DNA from: a virus | Length of the DNA stretch: 64,000 nt | Reading direction: 5' to 3' (one strand) | IMG/VR virus record: IMGVR_UViG_3300025132_000022 | Span: 1 to 64,000 of that record | In this document: piece by piece, positions 1 through 8,233 of the stretch | Layout of the letters: every line of letters begins with the position of its first letter | Position numbering within the stretch: the stretch's first letter is position 1 | The notes under the pieces: model-generated | Seen by the model: the letters and a program-made list of their open reading frames with translations, nothing else | What the model was told of the DNA's origin: nothing | Database searches by the model: none | Made by a program: the position numbers and the translations under genes

Positions 1-229
1 GCCAGTTTCTATCACTTCGGTCATAACAAACATGGTACTCGTCGCAAACCTGGACATCTCTCGTCTCATCCCAACAGTAATACCTGTTGCAAACCTCTAC
101 TCGTTCTGCTCGGTAGTAGCAATCATATTCTGTGTGAGAATAATCTCTACTGTATGTGTCGCAATCCTCGTCAAGAAATATCAGACATCCAGACACAGAT
201 AAAGACAAAATAACAAACAATGTTTTCAT
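1..229 (-). CDS. Cys-rich putative lipoprotein, 3' end outside window
   Basis: Own translation: MKTLFVILSLSVSG-C (lipobox-like), then open to the window edge with six further Cys; not in the ORF track. Confidence 0.6.
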   Translation of the reverse strand, partial: MKTLFVILSLSVSGCLIFLDEDCDTYSRDYSHTEYDCYYRAERVEVCNRYYCWDETRDVQVCDEYHVCYDRSDRNW

Positions 230-358
230 TTCTTACCCCATATCAAAGTTCTCATGGATTTCGCGCCAATCTCTGCTGCGAGCAGAGTGCCATAAAACAC
301 TGTGCCGACGATAAGTGGCGCTGCTAAGACCAACGTATCCAGGCAAAGCAAACTTCTG

Positions 359-619
359 TCACACCGTCTCAAGTGTGATCCTCAACTCACTTATGTACTT
401 GCAAAGTTCAGAATATTTTTTCGGAACATGCCCGACTCTCTTTCTCTTGACCATTGAAATTTGTGGTTCTGCCCACTCATTTACAGAGGGTACATAAACT
501 AAATACTTTCCATAAGATGTTGTCTTGTAGTACATTCCCTCGCTACCGTTGCAGTTGTAATCAAACAGATCATAATCTTCGATGAAAATAACTGCTTCCC
601 CTTGTTTAATATCGGTCAT
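359..619 (-). CDS. hypothetical small protein (SH3/KOW-like start)
   Basis: ATG ORF in co-oriented cluster; begins IKQGEAV. Confidence 0.6.
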   Translation of the reverse strand: MTDIKQGEAVIFIEDYDLFDYNCNGSEGMYYKTTSYGKYLVYVPSVNEWAEPQISMVKRKRVGHVPKKYSELCKYISELRITLETV

Positions 620-622
620 TCT

Positions 623-715
623 TTAATCCCTGTAATCATAAATAACAATAGCACAACAAAAAAACAATATCAATACAAAAAATAATTTAAATCCAAGGCC
701 GTCTTCTAACAGCAT
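623..715 (-). CDS. 30-aa single-TM peptide
   Basis: Own translation MLLEDGLGFKLFFVLILFFCCAIVIYDYRD; fills an intergenic gap. Confidence 0.35.
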   Translation of the reverse strand: MLLEDGLGFKLFFVLILFFCCAIVIYDYRD

Positions 716-720
716 CAAAC

Positions 721-933
721 CTATTGCCCTGAGTGCTTTGTGAGTTGCCAGATCCATACGTCCTCCTGCTCGCCCGTTGTCCAAGCTACACGATATTGTT
801 TTTTCGTGATGGACTTGATCACTATGCCAATTCGAGACGAAAGATCTTCTCCAAGGAAACTGGAAAACCTCCTTGCGTCAATGCCGACGAGCATCCCTGG
901 GTGAACTTCTTCTGGTTTAAGTCTGTCACTCAT
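721..933 (-). CDS. hypothetical small SH3/KOW-like protein
   Basis: VHPGMLV...IGIVI...YRVAW pattern; ATGA overlap with upstream gene. Confidence 0.6.
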   Translation of the reverse strand: MSDRLKPEEVHPGMLVGIDARRFSSFLGEDLSSRIGIVIKSITKKQYRVAWTTGEQEDVWIWQLTKHSGQ

Positions 934-1187
934 TGGAGGTGTTTTCGATTTTTCGAAATGTAACGACTAACGTGGTGGCAGACATCGAGACTGTCTCCTT
1001 TGAATCCGCGATCAAGTTGTTTGTAGGACTCCAAAGCCTCCCTGGTAAGGATGAACAATCTCTCAAAAATGTCTGATCTTTCACCCAGGTCAGACAACTG
1101 CTTTGTGTCTAAATTATCGACTGCGTATCCACTACAGTTCTCACTCTTCCAGGCGTACCCTGGTCCCGTCCTCAATTCCTCTGACAT
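930..1187 (-). CDS. hypothetical protein
   Basis: ORF in tightly packed cluster; start codon uncertain. Confidence 0.5.
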   Translation of the reverse strand: MSEELRTGPGYAWKSENCSGYAVDNLDTKQLSDLGERSDIFERLFILTREALESYKQLDRGFKGDSLDVCHHVSRYISKNRKHLQ

Positions 1188-1374
1188 CTTTCTTTCTTAC
1201 CAAACTCCATGATTTAAACGTAACAATCTTCCCTTCATTTAATCCACTGCTCAACATGACATTGTATTGGTCATTTGGCAGAAACCCAACAATCTTTCCG
1301 ATAACATTGAGAGGTCTACCCCAAGGAAAGTCTCTAATAAAAACCTCGTCACCTCTGTCAAACTCCCTGTCCAT
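1141..1374 (-). CDS. hypothetical small SH3/KOW-like protein
   Basis: FDRGDEV start; preceded by CTANTTA motif at 1381-1387. Confidence 0.6.
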   Translation of the reverse strand: MDREFDRGDEVFIRDFPWGRPLNVIGKIVGFLPNDQYNVMLSSGLNEGKIVTFKSWSLVRKKDVRGIEDGTRVRLEE

Positions 1375-1412
1375 ACAAAGTAATTAGTATTGACAGAGGT
1401 TTAAAGGTTTGC

Positions 1413-1850
1413 TTAGTTGACCTCTACCAACTCGATGTCAAAGTTCAAATTCTTTCCAGCCATTGGATGGTTGAAGTCCACAACAACAAATTCATCCTGA
1501 ATTTCACTGATTATACCTCTTACAGGTTGGTCTTCGACACTCCCCTCAATAACCAATCCCTCTTCAAACTGGAAATCTTGTGGAAACGATTGCTTAGGGA
1601 CTGCCTGGACGCCATCAGGATTGTGACTTCCGTATGCCTCCTCGGGTTCCAATGTTACCTGTTTTGTCTCACCAACCTTCATGCCAGCCACTGCTGCATC
1701 GAAACCTGCGATCATTTCGCCTGCACCGACAGTAAACCCAATCGTGTGTCCTCTGTCGTAAGAACTGTCAAAGATGGTCCCATCATCAAAAGACCCCTTG
1801 TAGTGAACCTGAACTTCTCTGCCTTCTTTCGCGATTACTTTCTTACCCAT
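1413..1850 (-). CDS. FKBP-type peptidyl-prolyl cis-trans isomerase (SlyD/FkpB-like with insert-in-flap domain)
   Basis: VHYKG..DG.IFDSS, G.MIAGFD, PEEAYG, DFNHPMAGKNLNFDIEL; SD GGAG. Confidence 0.95.
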   Translation of the reverse strand: MGKKVIAKEGREVQVHYKGSFDDGTIFDSSYDRGHTIGFTVGAGEMIAGFDAAVAGMKVGETKQVTLEPEEAYGSHNPDGVQAVPKQSFPQDFQFEEGLVIEGSVEDQPVRGIISEIQDEFVVVDFNHPMAGKNLNFDIELVEVN

Positions 1851-1870
1851 TTTTTTCTCCTATTATTTGG

Positions 1871-2116
1871 TTAAGTTTTTTTCTTTCTTACTTTTTTTTT
1901 GAGGTATTTACCAACCTCTGTGTCTGGGTCGGTCTCGATCTCCTCAAGACCCTCTTCTTCTTCTGGTTCCCATATGTCCCAGAATACATTATCCATATTA
2001 TCACTTCCGTAAATAGAAGTCAAGTGTTTTTTTAGCGTTGCCTCCGTTCTGAAGGGAAAGCACATAGTTCTGTTCTGTAACCCCCCATTGTCAAAATAAT
2101 AAATTGTCGCTTCCAT
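1871..2116 (-). CDS. hypothetical protein
   Basis: ATG coupled to the upstream stop; acidic then basic C-terminus. Confidence 0.55.
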   Translation of the reverse strand: MEATIYYFDNGGLQNRTMCFPFRTEATLKKHLTSIYGSDNMDNVFWDIWEPEEEEGLEEIETDPDTEVGKYLKKKVRKKKT

Positions 2117-2553
2117 TATGGTATTATCCTTATTACTGGTGCTGTGTTTGAATTATAAGACTTTTCTTCATAAAATTCAAGAGATAATTCATCAATCTTC
2201 TCAACAACCAACTTTACCTTGGACAGTGAATCCCTTCCGAAGACCACACTGCATGGCAGGTTAACAAAGTTGATAAATTCGTCAAACCTCGACTCGATGT
2301 CGGACAATGGTGTATTCCTAAGATCCAACGTCCTAAACCTCTTCTGAATTCTTCTGTATTTCTTTCCCTCTGCGTACTTTATGTTAATGTTACCACAGTC
2401 TATCATTTGCCACAAGTGTGTTTTTTTGATTCGGTTCATTCTGGTTTTGAACAAATAGAACCAATACGCCCTCGTTTCTCTGACTAGAAAACCTGCTCCA
2501 ATGTCCGTCAAGATCATGTCTCCTGGTTTAACATTGTATCTCTCTTCAATCAA
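2116..2553 (-). CDS. hypothetical protein (KOW-like N-terminus; possible degenerate Smr-like C-terminus)
   Basis: VKPGDMI start; TLDLRN...SVVFGR loosely resembles Smr LDLHG...IxGxG. Confidence 0.5.
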   Translation of the reverse strand: MIEERYNVKPGDMILTDIGAGFLVRETRAYWFYLFKTRMNRIKKTHLWQMIDCGNINIKYAEGKKYRRIQKRFRTLDLRNTPLSDIESRFDEFINFVNLPCSVVFGRDSLSKVKLVVEKIDELSLEFYEEKSYNSNTAPVIRIIP

Positions 2554-2666
2554 TCTCTAGTTCTCCAAAAGAGATATGCCTGTAGCACAAACAACACAAC
2601 TACCGCTGCAATGTACCACCATTTGTTCTCTATCGTGACCTGTCCATACCAATCACTTACTTCCAT
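2550..2666 (-). CDS. 38-aa single-TM peptide
   Basis: Own translation MEVSDWYGQVTIENKWWYIAAVVVLFVLQAYLFWRTRD; overlaps both neighbours and fills the gap. Confidence 0.5.
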   Translation of the reverse strand: MEVSDWYGQVTIENKWWYIAAVVVLFVLQAYLFWRTRD

Positions 2667-2847
2667 GACGTTCATCTCTCACCATATTTATGTCGCCCGA
2701 CCAGACCCATATCTTCTGAGTTCCGAATAGGACAAGCATCTTTCCTACCTCGTTTGGTTCTTTCAACACTATACCATATCTAATTTCTGGAGTCAACAGT
2801 GGATCGAACTGCCAGTGTGTGTATTCAACAAGTTCCCCAACTCTCAC
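2653..2847 (-). CDS. hypothetical small SH3/KOW-like protein
   Basis: MRVGELV...YGIVL...MLVLF pattern. Confidence 0.6.
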   Translation of the reverse strand: MRVGELVEYTHWQFDPLLTPEIRYGIVLKEPNEVGKMLVLFGTQKIWVWSGDINMVRDERHGSK

Positions 2848-3050
2848 TGCCCATCAACGCCCCACTTGGTCCTGTACCAAACTCTTTCGTGAAAGTAGTA
2901 AAGTGCAGTCTTTGTGAGGATCTCGATGCCGCTGAAGGTTGCTCCAAACTCTATACTGCCAGTCAACAACCAGGCGAGTAAGAACGTATCGAGCGTCCCC
3001 ACCAGTCTCCATGTCAACGCCTTAGCAGCATGCCTTTTCTTTTGTACCAT
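2844..3050 (-). CDS. DUF2061-like small membrane protein
   Basis: RH.AKALTWR..GTLDT...KT.LYYFHERVW..KWG signature; ATG at 3050 after GGAG. Confidence 0.85.
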   Translation of the reverse strand: MVQKKRHAAKALTWRLVGTLDTFLLAWLLTGSIEFGATFSGIEILTKTALYYFHERVWYRTKWGVDGQ

Positions 3051-3981
3051 TCTGTTCTCCAATCTCTTTTAGTATGTTTCTGTATTCCAAGAGTGCTAGT
3101 TCTTTCTTTTTGCACTCCAACATCATATCATAGTTTACACCATAATTATTAACAGGACTGTAAATATAGTCCGAATGTGCCTGTTCTTTAACTTTATTGT
3201 CGCGCTGCTCTTCACGTCTTGACTCTGACAAGTGAACAACTGGAGTGACCCCCTGCCAAGTAGATGCTGCAAGTTGCAATGCTTCGCCCTCGGTTTGACC
3301 ACCAGTACAAAATCTGTGGTGATGATAGTCGAACACGATAGGGATACGAATCACCTTGTGCACATAGTCGTACAAATGACGAGTGGACCACATCGATGCT
3401 TTGTCATCATTCTCCACCGTGATTCTGTTCTGGCAATTAGGAGACAATCTTAGGAAGTTGCGGCACCAACGATCTGCCGTGTTAGAGAAGTCGCCGCCGT
3501 ATGTGCCGCCGACATGTATGTTGATCTTAGCGTAAGGACTGTCAGGCAACCCCAACAGGTCAAATACCTCTGAGTGTGTCTCTAATTCCTTGATGGTCTT
3601 CTCAACGACATCTTGTCTTGGAGAACCAAGAACATTGAACGGACCTGGGTGTGTGGTGATGCGGTGTCCGTGTTTCCACGCATACAATCCTGCCTGGTCC
3701 AACCACCATGCAATGTCTTCATAGTCGGGCAAGTCTTTGAGGTTGTATTCCGAGGACCAGGGAAACAAGTCCGAAGACAGTCGAAAGAACTTGATATCGT
3801 TCGCTTCGTTCCACTGTAGAATGGTAAGCAGATCTTGGCAGTTCTGAAGTCCCAACTTCGAAGCATAGGCAATGCCCTTCTCTTGAAATGTCTTCTTGAT
3901 CATAGAGCGGTTTGTCGTAACGCGCTTGGACTTTGGAAGTGTGGACAGGTTCATGTTGATGCATGCGTATCCAAGATTCAT
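3022..3981 (-). CDS. uvsE: UV DNA damage endonuclease UvsE (UvdE)
   Basis: LGYACIN, FFRLSSDLFP, HPG, IHVGG, ENDD, FDYHHH, HSD, E.K.KE motifs. Confidence 0.95.
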   Translation of the reverse strand: MNLGYACINMNLSTLPKSKRVTTNRSMIKKTFQEKGIAYASKLGLQNCQDLLTILQWNEANDIKFFRLSSDLFPWSSEYNLKDLPDYEDIAWWLDQAGLYAWKHGHRITTHPGPFNVLGSPRQDVVEKTIKELETHSEVFDLLGLPDSPYAKINIHVGGTYGGDFSNTADRWCRNFLRLSPNCQNRITVENDDKASMWSTRHLYDYVHKVIRIPIVFDYHHHRFCTGGQTEGEALQLAASTWQGVTPVVHLSESRREEQRDNKVKEQAHSDYIYSPVNNYGVNYDMMLECKKKELALLEYRNILKEIGEQNGTKEKACC

Positions 3982-4010
3982 AATGCGACCTTTCGTTTGA
4001 TTGTTTATAG

Positions 4011-4039
4011 AATATAACTTAGATTGACTGGAAAGTCAA
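4011..4039 (-). promoter_or_regulatory. sigma70-type promoter for uvsE; -35 lies within a 7-4-7 inverted repeat
   Basis: TTGACT-17 nt-TATATT on minus strand; ATTGACT-GGAA-AGTCAAT at 4023-4040. Confidence 0.7.
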
Positions 4040-4071
4040 TAGTTTTGTTTGTATTTTGTCCATGTTTAATA

Positions 4072-4443
4072 TCATAACACTGGTCTCCCGATGTACTTAA
4101 TCCATGCATATCTCTTCCTCTTTTCTAAGTAGTCTTCTTCGTCGTCACAGTCATATGCCTCTCTTTCGAATACACAATTGTAGTACGCATCTCTACCATT
4201 TCCATATCTGACATATCCTGCTAACCACGATAATCCGTATAATACCCAATGTAGCAAGAATCCGAGTTCTAATTGCTGCTGAAAATGGATCGTCTCATGT
4301 CTCTTTGTCTTCTCTGACAATTCTCCTCTGCACCAAACCCAAATAGCAAATGAGTTTGCCCACACATCTATCGGTGAAATTTTAGATAACCAAACTGGAA
4401 CTTTACTGTTTTCTATTATAATAGGCTTCAATGATTTCAGCAT
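4072..4443 (-). CDS. HExxH (zincin-like) small protein
   Basis: RHETIHFQQQ.E and FEREAY motifs. Confidence 0.7.
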   Translation of the reverse strand: MLKSLKPIIIENSKVPVWLSKISPIDVWANSFAIWVWCRGELSEKTKRHETIHFQQQLELGFLLHWVLYGLSWLAGYVRYGNGRDAYYNCVFEREAYDCDDEEDYLEKRKRYAWIKYIGRPVL

Positions 4444-4693
4444 CCCTTCTCCCCCCTTCGAACACCCACAACCACTTTTTTAGAATCCATCCGTATCCAT
4501 TCTCTGATCGCTTCAACTGGGTAAAGTAGTGCTCGTATTTTATGCCTGGTAGCATCTTGACTCTTGCCATGTCATGATATCTGTCTTCTGCTGATTCTAT
4601 CTTTAAAATAATAGCAGTCCACTCATGGCGCGGAAAGATGTAGTGATGAACAAGATCACCAACCCTAACTTCCCTTTTGCTAGATCTTACCAC
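4403..4693 (-). CDS. hypothetical small SH3/KOW-like protein
   Basis: VRVGDLV; CTANTTA motif 5 nt upstream of GTG start. Confidence 0.6.
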   Translation of the reverse strand: MVRSSKREVRVGDLVHHYIFPRHEWTAIILKIESAEDRYHDMARVKMLPGIKYEHYFTQLKRSENGYGWILKKWLWVFEGGRRDAEIIEAYYNRKQ

Positions 4694-4822
4694 ATAATTA
4701 ACTAGTCATCACAAATGCAAACCGTTCCTTCTTGTTTCTTTGATTCTGTGTGCTGCTTTACTGCGTGTATAACAAAGGTCAGTATTAGTGACCAAAGAAT
4801 CAGTGATGCCGTTTCCAGGAAT

Positions 4823-5380
4823 TTATGAGATATTTTGATATCTTGTCACCTCCACCACTTTCGATAGAGCATACTTGTATGTAGAGGCAACATCGCTGCG
4901 ACCTCTACTTTCCGCGTCCTGTATCAGGAACCTCAACCTCTTAAATAAAAGTTCACAATTTATGTAAAATTCAAACGCCTTAACCAAAACACTGACACTT
5001 GTAAAACTCATAGATGTTGTTCTTTCGCTGAAGCACATTCTGTCTTTTGAGTCGTTCCTAAATTCTAGTTTCAACAATGTCTTTGACTTCAGGGAGATTT
5101 GTCTCCTGTCCGTGTGATCTACCTGAAAGTATAAGTCACTCAACTGTATAGTGTTTAGAGATCTGTAGTCATTCTTATAAGTGTCGAGAAGTGCGTTAAA
5201 CCCAGCGTCCACAAGTCCGACTCCAGTCCCAGAGACCTCCTTGATGTCGGGACCCTCACCTATGCTCAACGTAACATTTGTTTGTTCGGGACTCTCGATC
5301 AAGTTGAGCGACACCAACGTCAAGGACACCTTCTCCTTGAGGTACTCGATAAAGTACTGAAAAATAAGATCTTTGTTCAT
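4823..5380 (-). CDS. stand-alone LeuA (2-isopropylmalate synthase) allosteric-domain-like protein
   Basis: VSGTGVGLVDAGFNAL resembles the G.GPVDA..AL motif; followed by I.L.D and a C-terminal S...A helix as in LeuA dimer domains. Confidence 0.55.
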   Translation of the reverse strand: MNKDLIFQYFIEYLKEKVSLTLVSLNLIESPEQTNVTLSIGEGPDIKEVSGTGVGLVDAGFNALLDTYKNDYRSLNTIQLSDLYFQVDHTDRRQISLKSKTLLKLEFRNDSKDRMCFSERTTSMSFTSVSVLVKAFEFYINCELLFKRLRFLIQDAESRGRSDVASTYKYALSKVVEVTRYQNIS

Positions 5381-5760
5381 ACTGTTGTCTTTTCAAAACC
5401 CTGTGAGATTTTAAATATTTTGCGAACCCCACTAGTCTGCTTGACCATTCTGAGAATCTTCAACTTGGCATCCTCGGGAGATCTCAGGACACCTGGCAAA
5501 CTAGGTATGAACTTTATTCTCAGTCCAGCGATGTAGTCGGTATCTGAAATCTTCTGATTTTTAACCATAATGGTAACAACCGTTACGCTGGGGATAGCGC
5601 GAATGTCTGCGACGATGTCCTCAAGACCACGATAACCCTTCTCGCCCTTGGTCTCGGCATTGTACCCAAGCATCATATAAAACTGATAGACCCCTGTTTG
5701 TCTGGATCGTTCCTGCTTTTCAGTTATTAAGGAATTGAAGTAATCTTGTATTTCGTTCAT
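5377..5760 (-). CDS. hypothetical protein (probable late/virion)
   Basis: ATG ORF preceded by CTANTTA at 5778-5784; LITE motif near N-terminus. Confidence 0.65.
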   Translation of the reverse strand: MNEIQDYFNSLITEKQERSRQTGVYQFYMMLGYNAETKGEKGYRGLEDIVADIRAIPSVTVVTIMVKNQKISDTDYIAGLRIKFIPSLPGVLRSPEDAKLKILRMVKQTSGVRKIFKISQGFEKTTV

Positions 5761-5792
5761 GTCACCACCGTTTATAGTAAGTAGTTATTCGC

Positions 5793-5821
5793 AAAGAGAA
5801 AGGGGGAGCAAAAACTCCCCC
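5793..5821 (-). terminator. Rho-independent terminator after hsp20
   Basis: GGGGGAG-TTTTTG-CTCCCCC stem-loop followed by TTTCTCTTT on minus strand. Confidence 0.8.
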
Positions 5822-5828
5822 AGTTTAT

Positions 5829-6263
5829 CTATTTTATCTCGATAGACAGAGGTTGCGCCTCGGGGCGCTGTGGGACTCTAACTGTGAGTAAACCATTCTC
5901 AAACTGTGCTTTTGCCTGAGATAAGTCTAGGTTATCATCGTAGTTAACGTATGTTCTCGTAAAGTTCCGACGAGCAATCCTTTGTCTTTTCTCATTCTTA
6001 TCGTCAACCTGACCAGTGATGGTGATTGTTCTCTTTCCAGGTTGAATGTCTATGGCAAGTTCCTTCTTCTTGAACCCTGCCAAAGCAAACTCCAAAACTG
6101 TAGAACCATCGTCGTCTCGATAAATGTCGGCAACGGGATAACCCTTTGTGGATTGCTTGAGAACATTAGAGAACAGATCCCCATCGTTGAAAAAATTATC
6201 AAACACCTCGTTGATAACTTGGTGACCTAAAAGTCCAGGTCGGTATGTAGTAATTGCATTCAT
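5829..6263 (-). CDS. small heat-shock protein (Hsp20/IbpA family)
   Basis: YP..DIY, EFALAGF, IARRNFTR, A.FENGLL.V, I.I C-terminal motif; true start ATG 6263 after AAGGAGG. Confidence 0.93.
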   Translation of the reverse strand: MNAITTYRPGLLGHQVINEVFDNFFNDGDLFSNVLKQSTKGYPVADIYRDDDGSTVLEFALAGFKKKELAIDIQPGKRTITITGQVDDKNEKRQRIARRNFTRTYVNYDDNLDLSQAKAQFENGLLTVRVPQRPEAQPLSIEIK

Positions 6264-6326
6264 GTTGTTTTCCTCCTTATTAAGCAAGTTACATTTTATG
6301 ATCAAGTCCCGAAGCAACTCGATCAC
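6264..6326 (-). ncRNA. putative ROSE-like RNA thermometer in hsp20 5' UTR
   Basis: 5' hairpin with C(UUCG)G loop (6300-6324), then CUUGCU-UAAUA-AGGAG pairing over the SD with bulged G (6273-6288). Confidence 0.6.
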
Positions 6327-6332
6327 ATCTAT

Positions 6333-6361
6333 AGTATAAACACATCCTACAATGATGTCAA
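6333..6361 (-). promoter_or_regulatory. sigma70-type promoter for hsp20
   Basis: TTGACA-17 nt-TATACT. Confidence 0.8.
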
Positions 6362-6696
6362 TAGTAAAGTTGAATAAAAATAATCAAAAGCGCCAAACTA
6401 AAACATATCATCGTTTTGGGAGTGAACATGGTTTCGCCCAAAAGATACCAAGTTAGAATAGGGAATATTATGTACCCCATCGAGGATCCAATGAATCGCC
6501 CTGTCCAAGCAGATCCCGTTTCATCCACTATCAACTTCCACGAGTACCAAAAAAACAGCGAACACGGTACGCCCATGAGAAAGGCAGCAGATACTGGTCT
6601 GTCTTTCCACCAGTCTGACAAATACTGTGCGTTAAGTTGGAAGAATCCAATGACCTGAGCAAAGAAAACGAGCAAGATACCCAACCAAAGTTTCAT
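6358..6696 (-). CDS. small 4-TM membrane protein (SMR/DMT-like topology)
   Basis: Four hydrophobic segments; LLGE.FT near the last helix. Confidence 0.65.
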   Translation of the reverse strand: MKLWLGILLVFFAQVIGFFQLNAQYLSDWWKDRPVSAAFLMGVPCSLFFWYSWKLIVDETGSAWTGRFIGSSMGYIIFPILTWYLLGETMFTPKTMICFSLALLIIFIQLYY

Positions 6697-7046
6697 TAAT
6701 GTATCTCCAAACTAAGGGACGCATCCTTCAACAATTTCTTTGACTCTGATATAGCCAACAGGCACTTCCACACATTCGCTATGTCTTCCTCAAGAAGATC
6801 GACAGATCCCTCTTCTGTAGGTTTATAAGCTTCATCCAACTCGTCTAAATAATCTCTAAATATTAAAGAATTAACTGACAACTTCTGCATCTCGTGAAAC
6901 ACCGTCTCTGATGTCTTCAACCCTTCGCACAAATGTTGCTTGATTAATTCATTGCTAAAGTCCAGAGTCTGGTTTGCATATTTCTTCCAGTCTTTTATAG
7001 CATCAGGTTGGAACTTAAACTTGAACTTCTCATCTTCCTCCGACAA
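6696..7046 (-). CDS. hypothetical protein
   Basis: ORF coupled to neighbours. Confidence 0.55.
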   Translation of the reverse strand: MSEEDEKFKFKFQPDAIKDWKKYANQTLDFSNELIKQHLCEGLKTSETVFHEMQKLSVNSLIFRDYLDELDEAYKPTEEGSVDLLEEDIANVWKCLLAISESKKLLKDASLSLEIH

Positions 7047-7431
7047 AACCCTTACCCCAAAAGTGCTTACTGTTTCTCTCCGTAGTTATCAACAGTGCGC
7101 TGATAAATACTCCGTTGTCTTTCCTCATCACCTTTGCACTGTGAAGTTCGAGGTTTCCATACCTTGGTTTCCTAATTCTTCTTTGAAACTTCTTTCTGGG
7201 TGGAGGAGTGTTTAAAAACTCCACACAACCACTTACAAGATCTTCATCCTCGATAGAAACAGGTATGTCATCGCTAACCCTTATTCGTGCAGCGATCACC
7301 CATTTCTTACTGGCAAAACCTGGGATGTTCCAAAACATACTTCCATGGTATCTGCCAGCCTTCGTCTTCCCTTTGGAGTACTCGCTGATGCCTTCATGTT
7401 CATAAATCTGTACCAAATCGCAACTAATCAC
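7030..7431 (-). CDS. hypothetical basic protein
   Basis: ORF overlapping both neighbours. Confidence 0.55.
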   Translation of the reverse strand: MISCDLVQIYEHEGISEYSKGKTKAGRYHGSMFWNIPGFASKKWVIAARIRVSDDIPVSIEDEDLVSGCVEFLNTPPPRKKFQRRIRKPRYGNLELHSAKVMRKDNGVFISALLITTERNSKHFWGKGFVGGR

Positions 7432-7678
7432 TTAATTCGCCTTTCAAGTCGTCACAACCACCAATCAACTTAACAATACCAGATACTCCGTCTATTTTCA
7501 AGACAATTGGTACAGTTGGGTGATTATAAAATTTCTTTGCCTCTTCCAGAAACTCTCTATCATCTTCTAGATCAAAAAAGTCATGCGGAACGCCAGCGAA
7601 TCCAAGCAGTCGCACTGCTTCTTCGCAATATGGGCACGAAGATCTTCCGTAAACCAAATAACTGTTTTCCCTAGCCAT
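7424..7678 (-). CDS. glutaredoxin
   Basis: CPYC active site, TVP cis-Pro, IGGCDDL. Confidence 0.93.
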   Translation of the reverse strand: MARENSYLVYGRSSCPYCEEAVRLLGFAGVPHDFFDLEDDREFLEEAKKFYNHPTVPIVLKIDGVSGIVKLIGGCDDLKGELSD

Positions 7679-7955
7679 GCAACAACCTCCTCGAATCCCT
7701 CAGTGATCTTAGGACACTGCTGTACTCACCCAAGACTGTGACGGTCTGCGTAGATGATCCCATAGAATACACGATTTCCGTAAATTTCATGTTGTTCGCT
7801 GAGTGTCCGTTTACTTCACTTATTATCTGTGCAGACGGACTAACAGATATTATCGAATCGGTATTAATCGACATTGGTGATGTTCTGAAGTTGTCTCGTA
7901 TCGCTCCATTGTTAAGTGATGAGTCTCTCGATAAGACCTCAAGTTTCACCATCAT
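7671..7955 (-). CDS. hypothetical protein
   Basis: ATG after GGAG, overlapping neighbours. Confidence 0.6.
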   Translation of the reverse strand: MMVKLEVLSRDSSLNNGAIRDNFRTSPMSINTDSIISVSPSAQIISEVNGHSANNMKFTEIVYSMGSSTQTVTVLGEYSSVLRSLRDSRRLLHG

Positions 7956-8223
7956 TCTCCACCTCCTCTTTAGTCTCAGTAGTCATCGCCTTCAAGAAAC
8001 CCGAAAGAATAGATTCACAATCTGAGTAAACTTCTGCTAAGTCTACCGCCAGTTCCTTCATGTCTGAAAGGTGTTTGAGAGAGTTAATCCCATGATCTCC
8101 CTGCTGTAGACCTGAAGACAACTCCGTCAGTCTCTTTAGCGAGTGTTCTTTGTCTCTTATGATTTGTTTAATTTTGTTTGGTATTTGTTCGGTATCTATC
8201 GTATAAGATATCTTTACTTTCAT
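7939..8223 (-). CDS. hypothetical helical protein
   Basis: ATG after GGGGGAAGG; MKVKISYTID start. Confidence 0.6.
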   Translation of the reverse strand: MKVKISYTIDTEQIPNKIKQIIRDKEHSLKRLTELSSGLQQGDHGINSLKHLSDMKELAVDLAEVYSDCESILSGFLKAMTTETKEEVENDGET

Positions 8224-8233
8224 CCTTCCCCCG

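Noticed and set aside
1390-1418. + strand TTGACA as an antisense promoter into the FKBP gene
   Set aside because: No acceptable -10 at 16-18 nt spacing.
4703-4840. Small TM-like open frame between 4693 and 4823
   Set aside because: No ATG, GTG or TTG start in frame after the upstream stop; cannot be supported.
6264-6326. N-terminal extension of Hsp20 given in the ORF track (start 6326)
   Set aside because: A strong SD precedes ATG 6263, and the extension coincides with the predicted structured 5' UTR.
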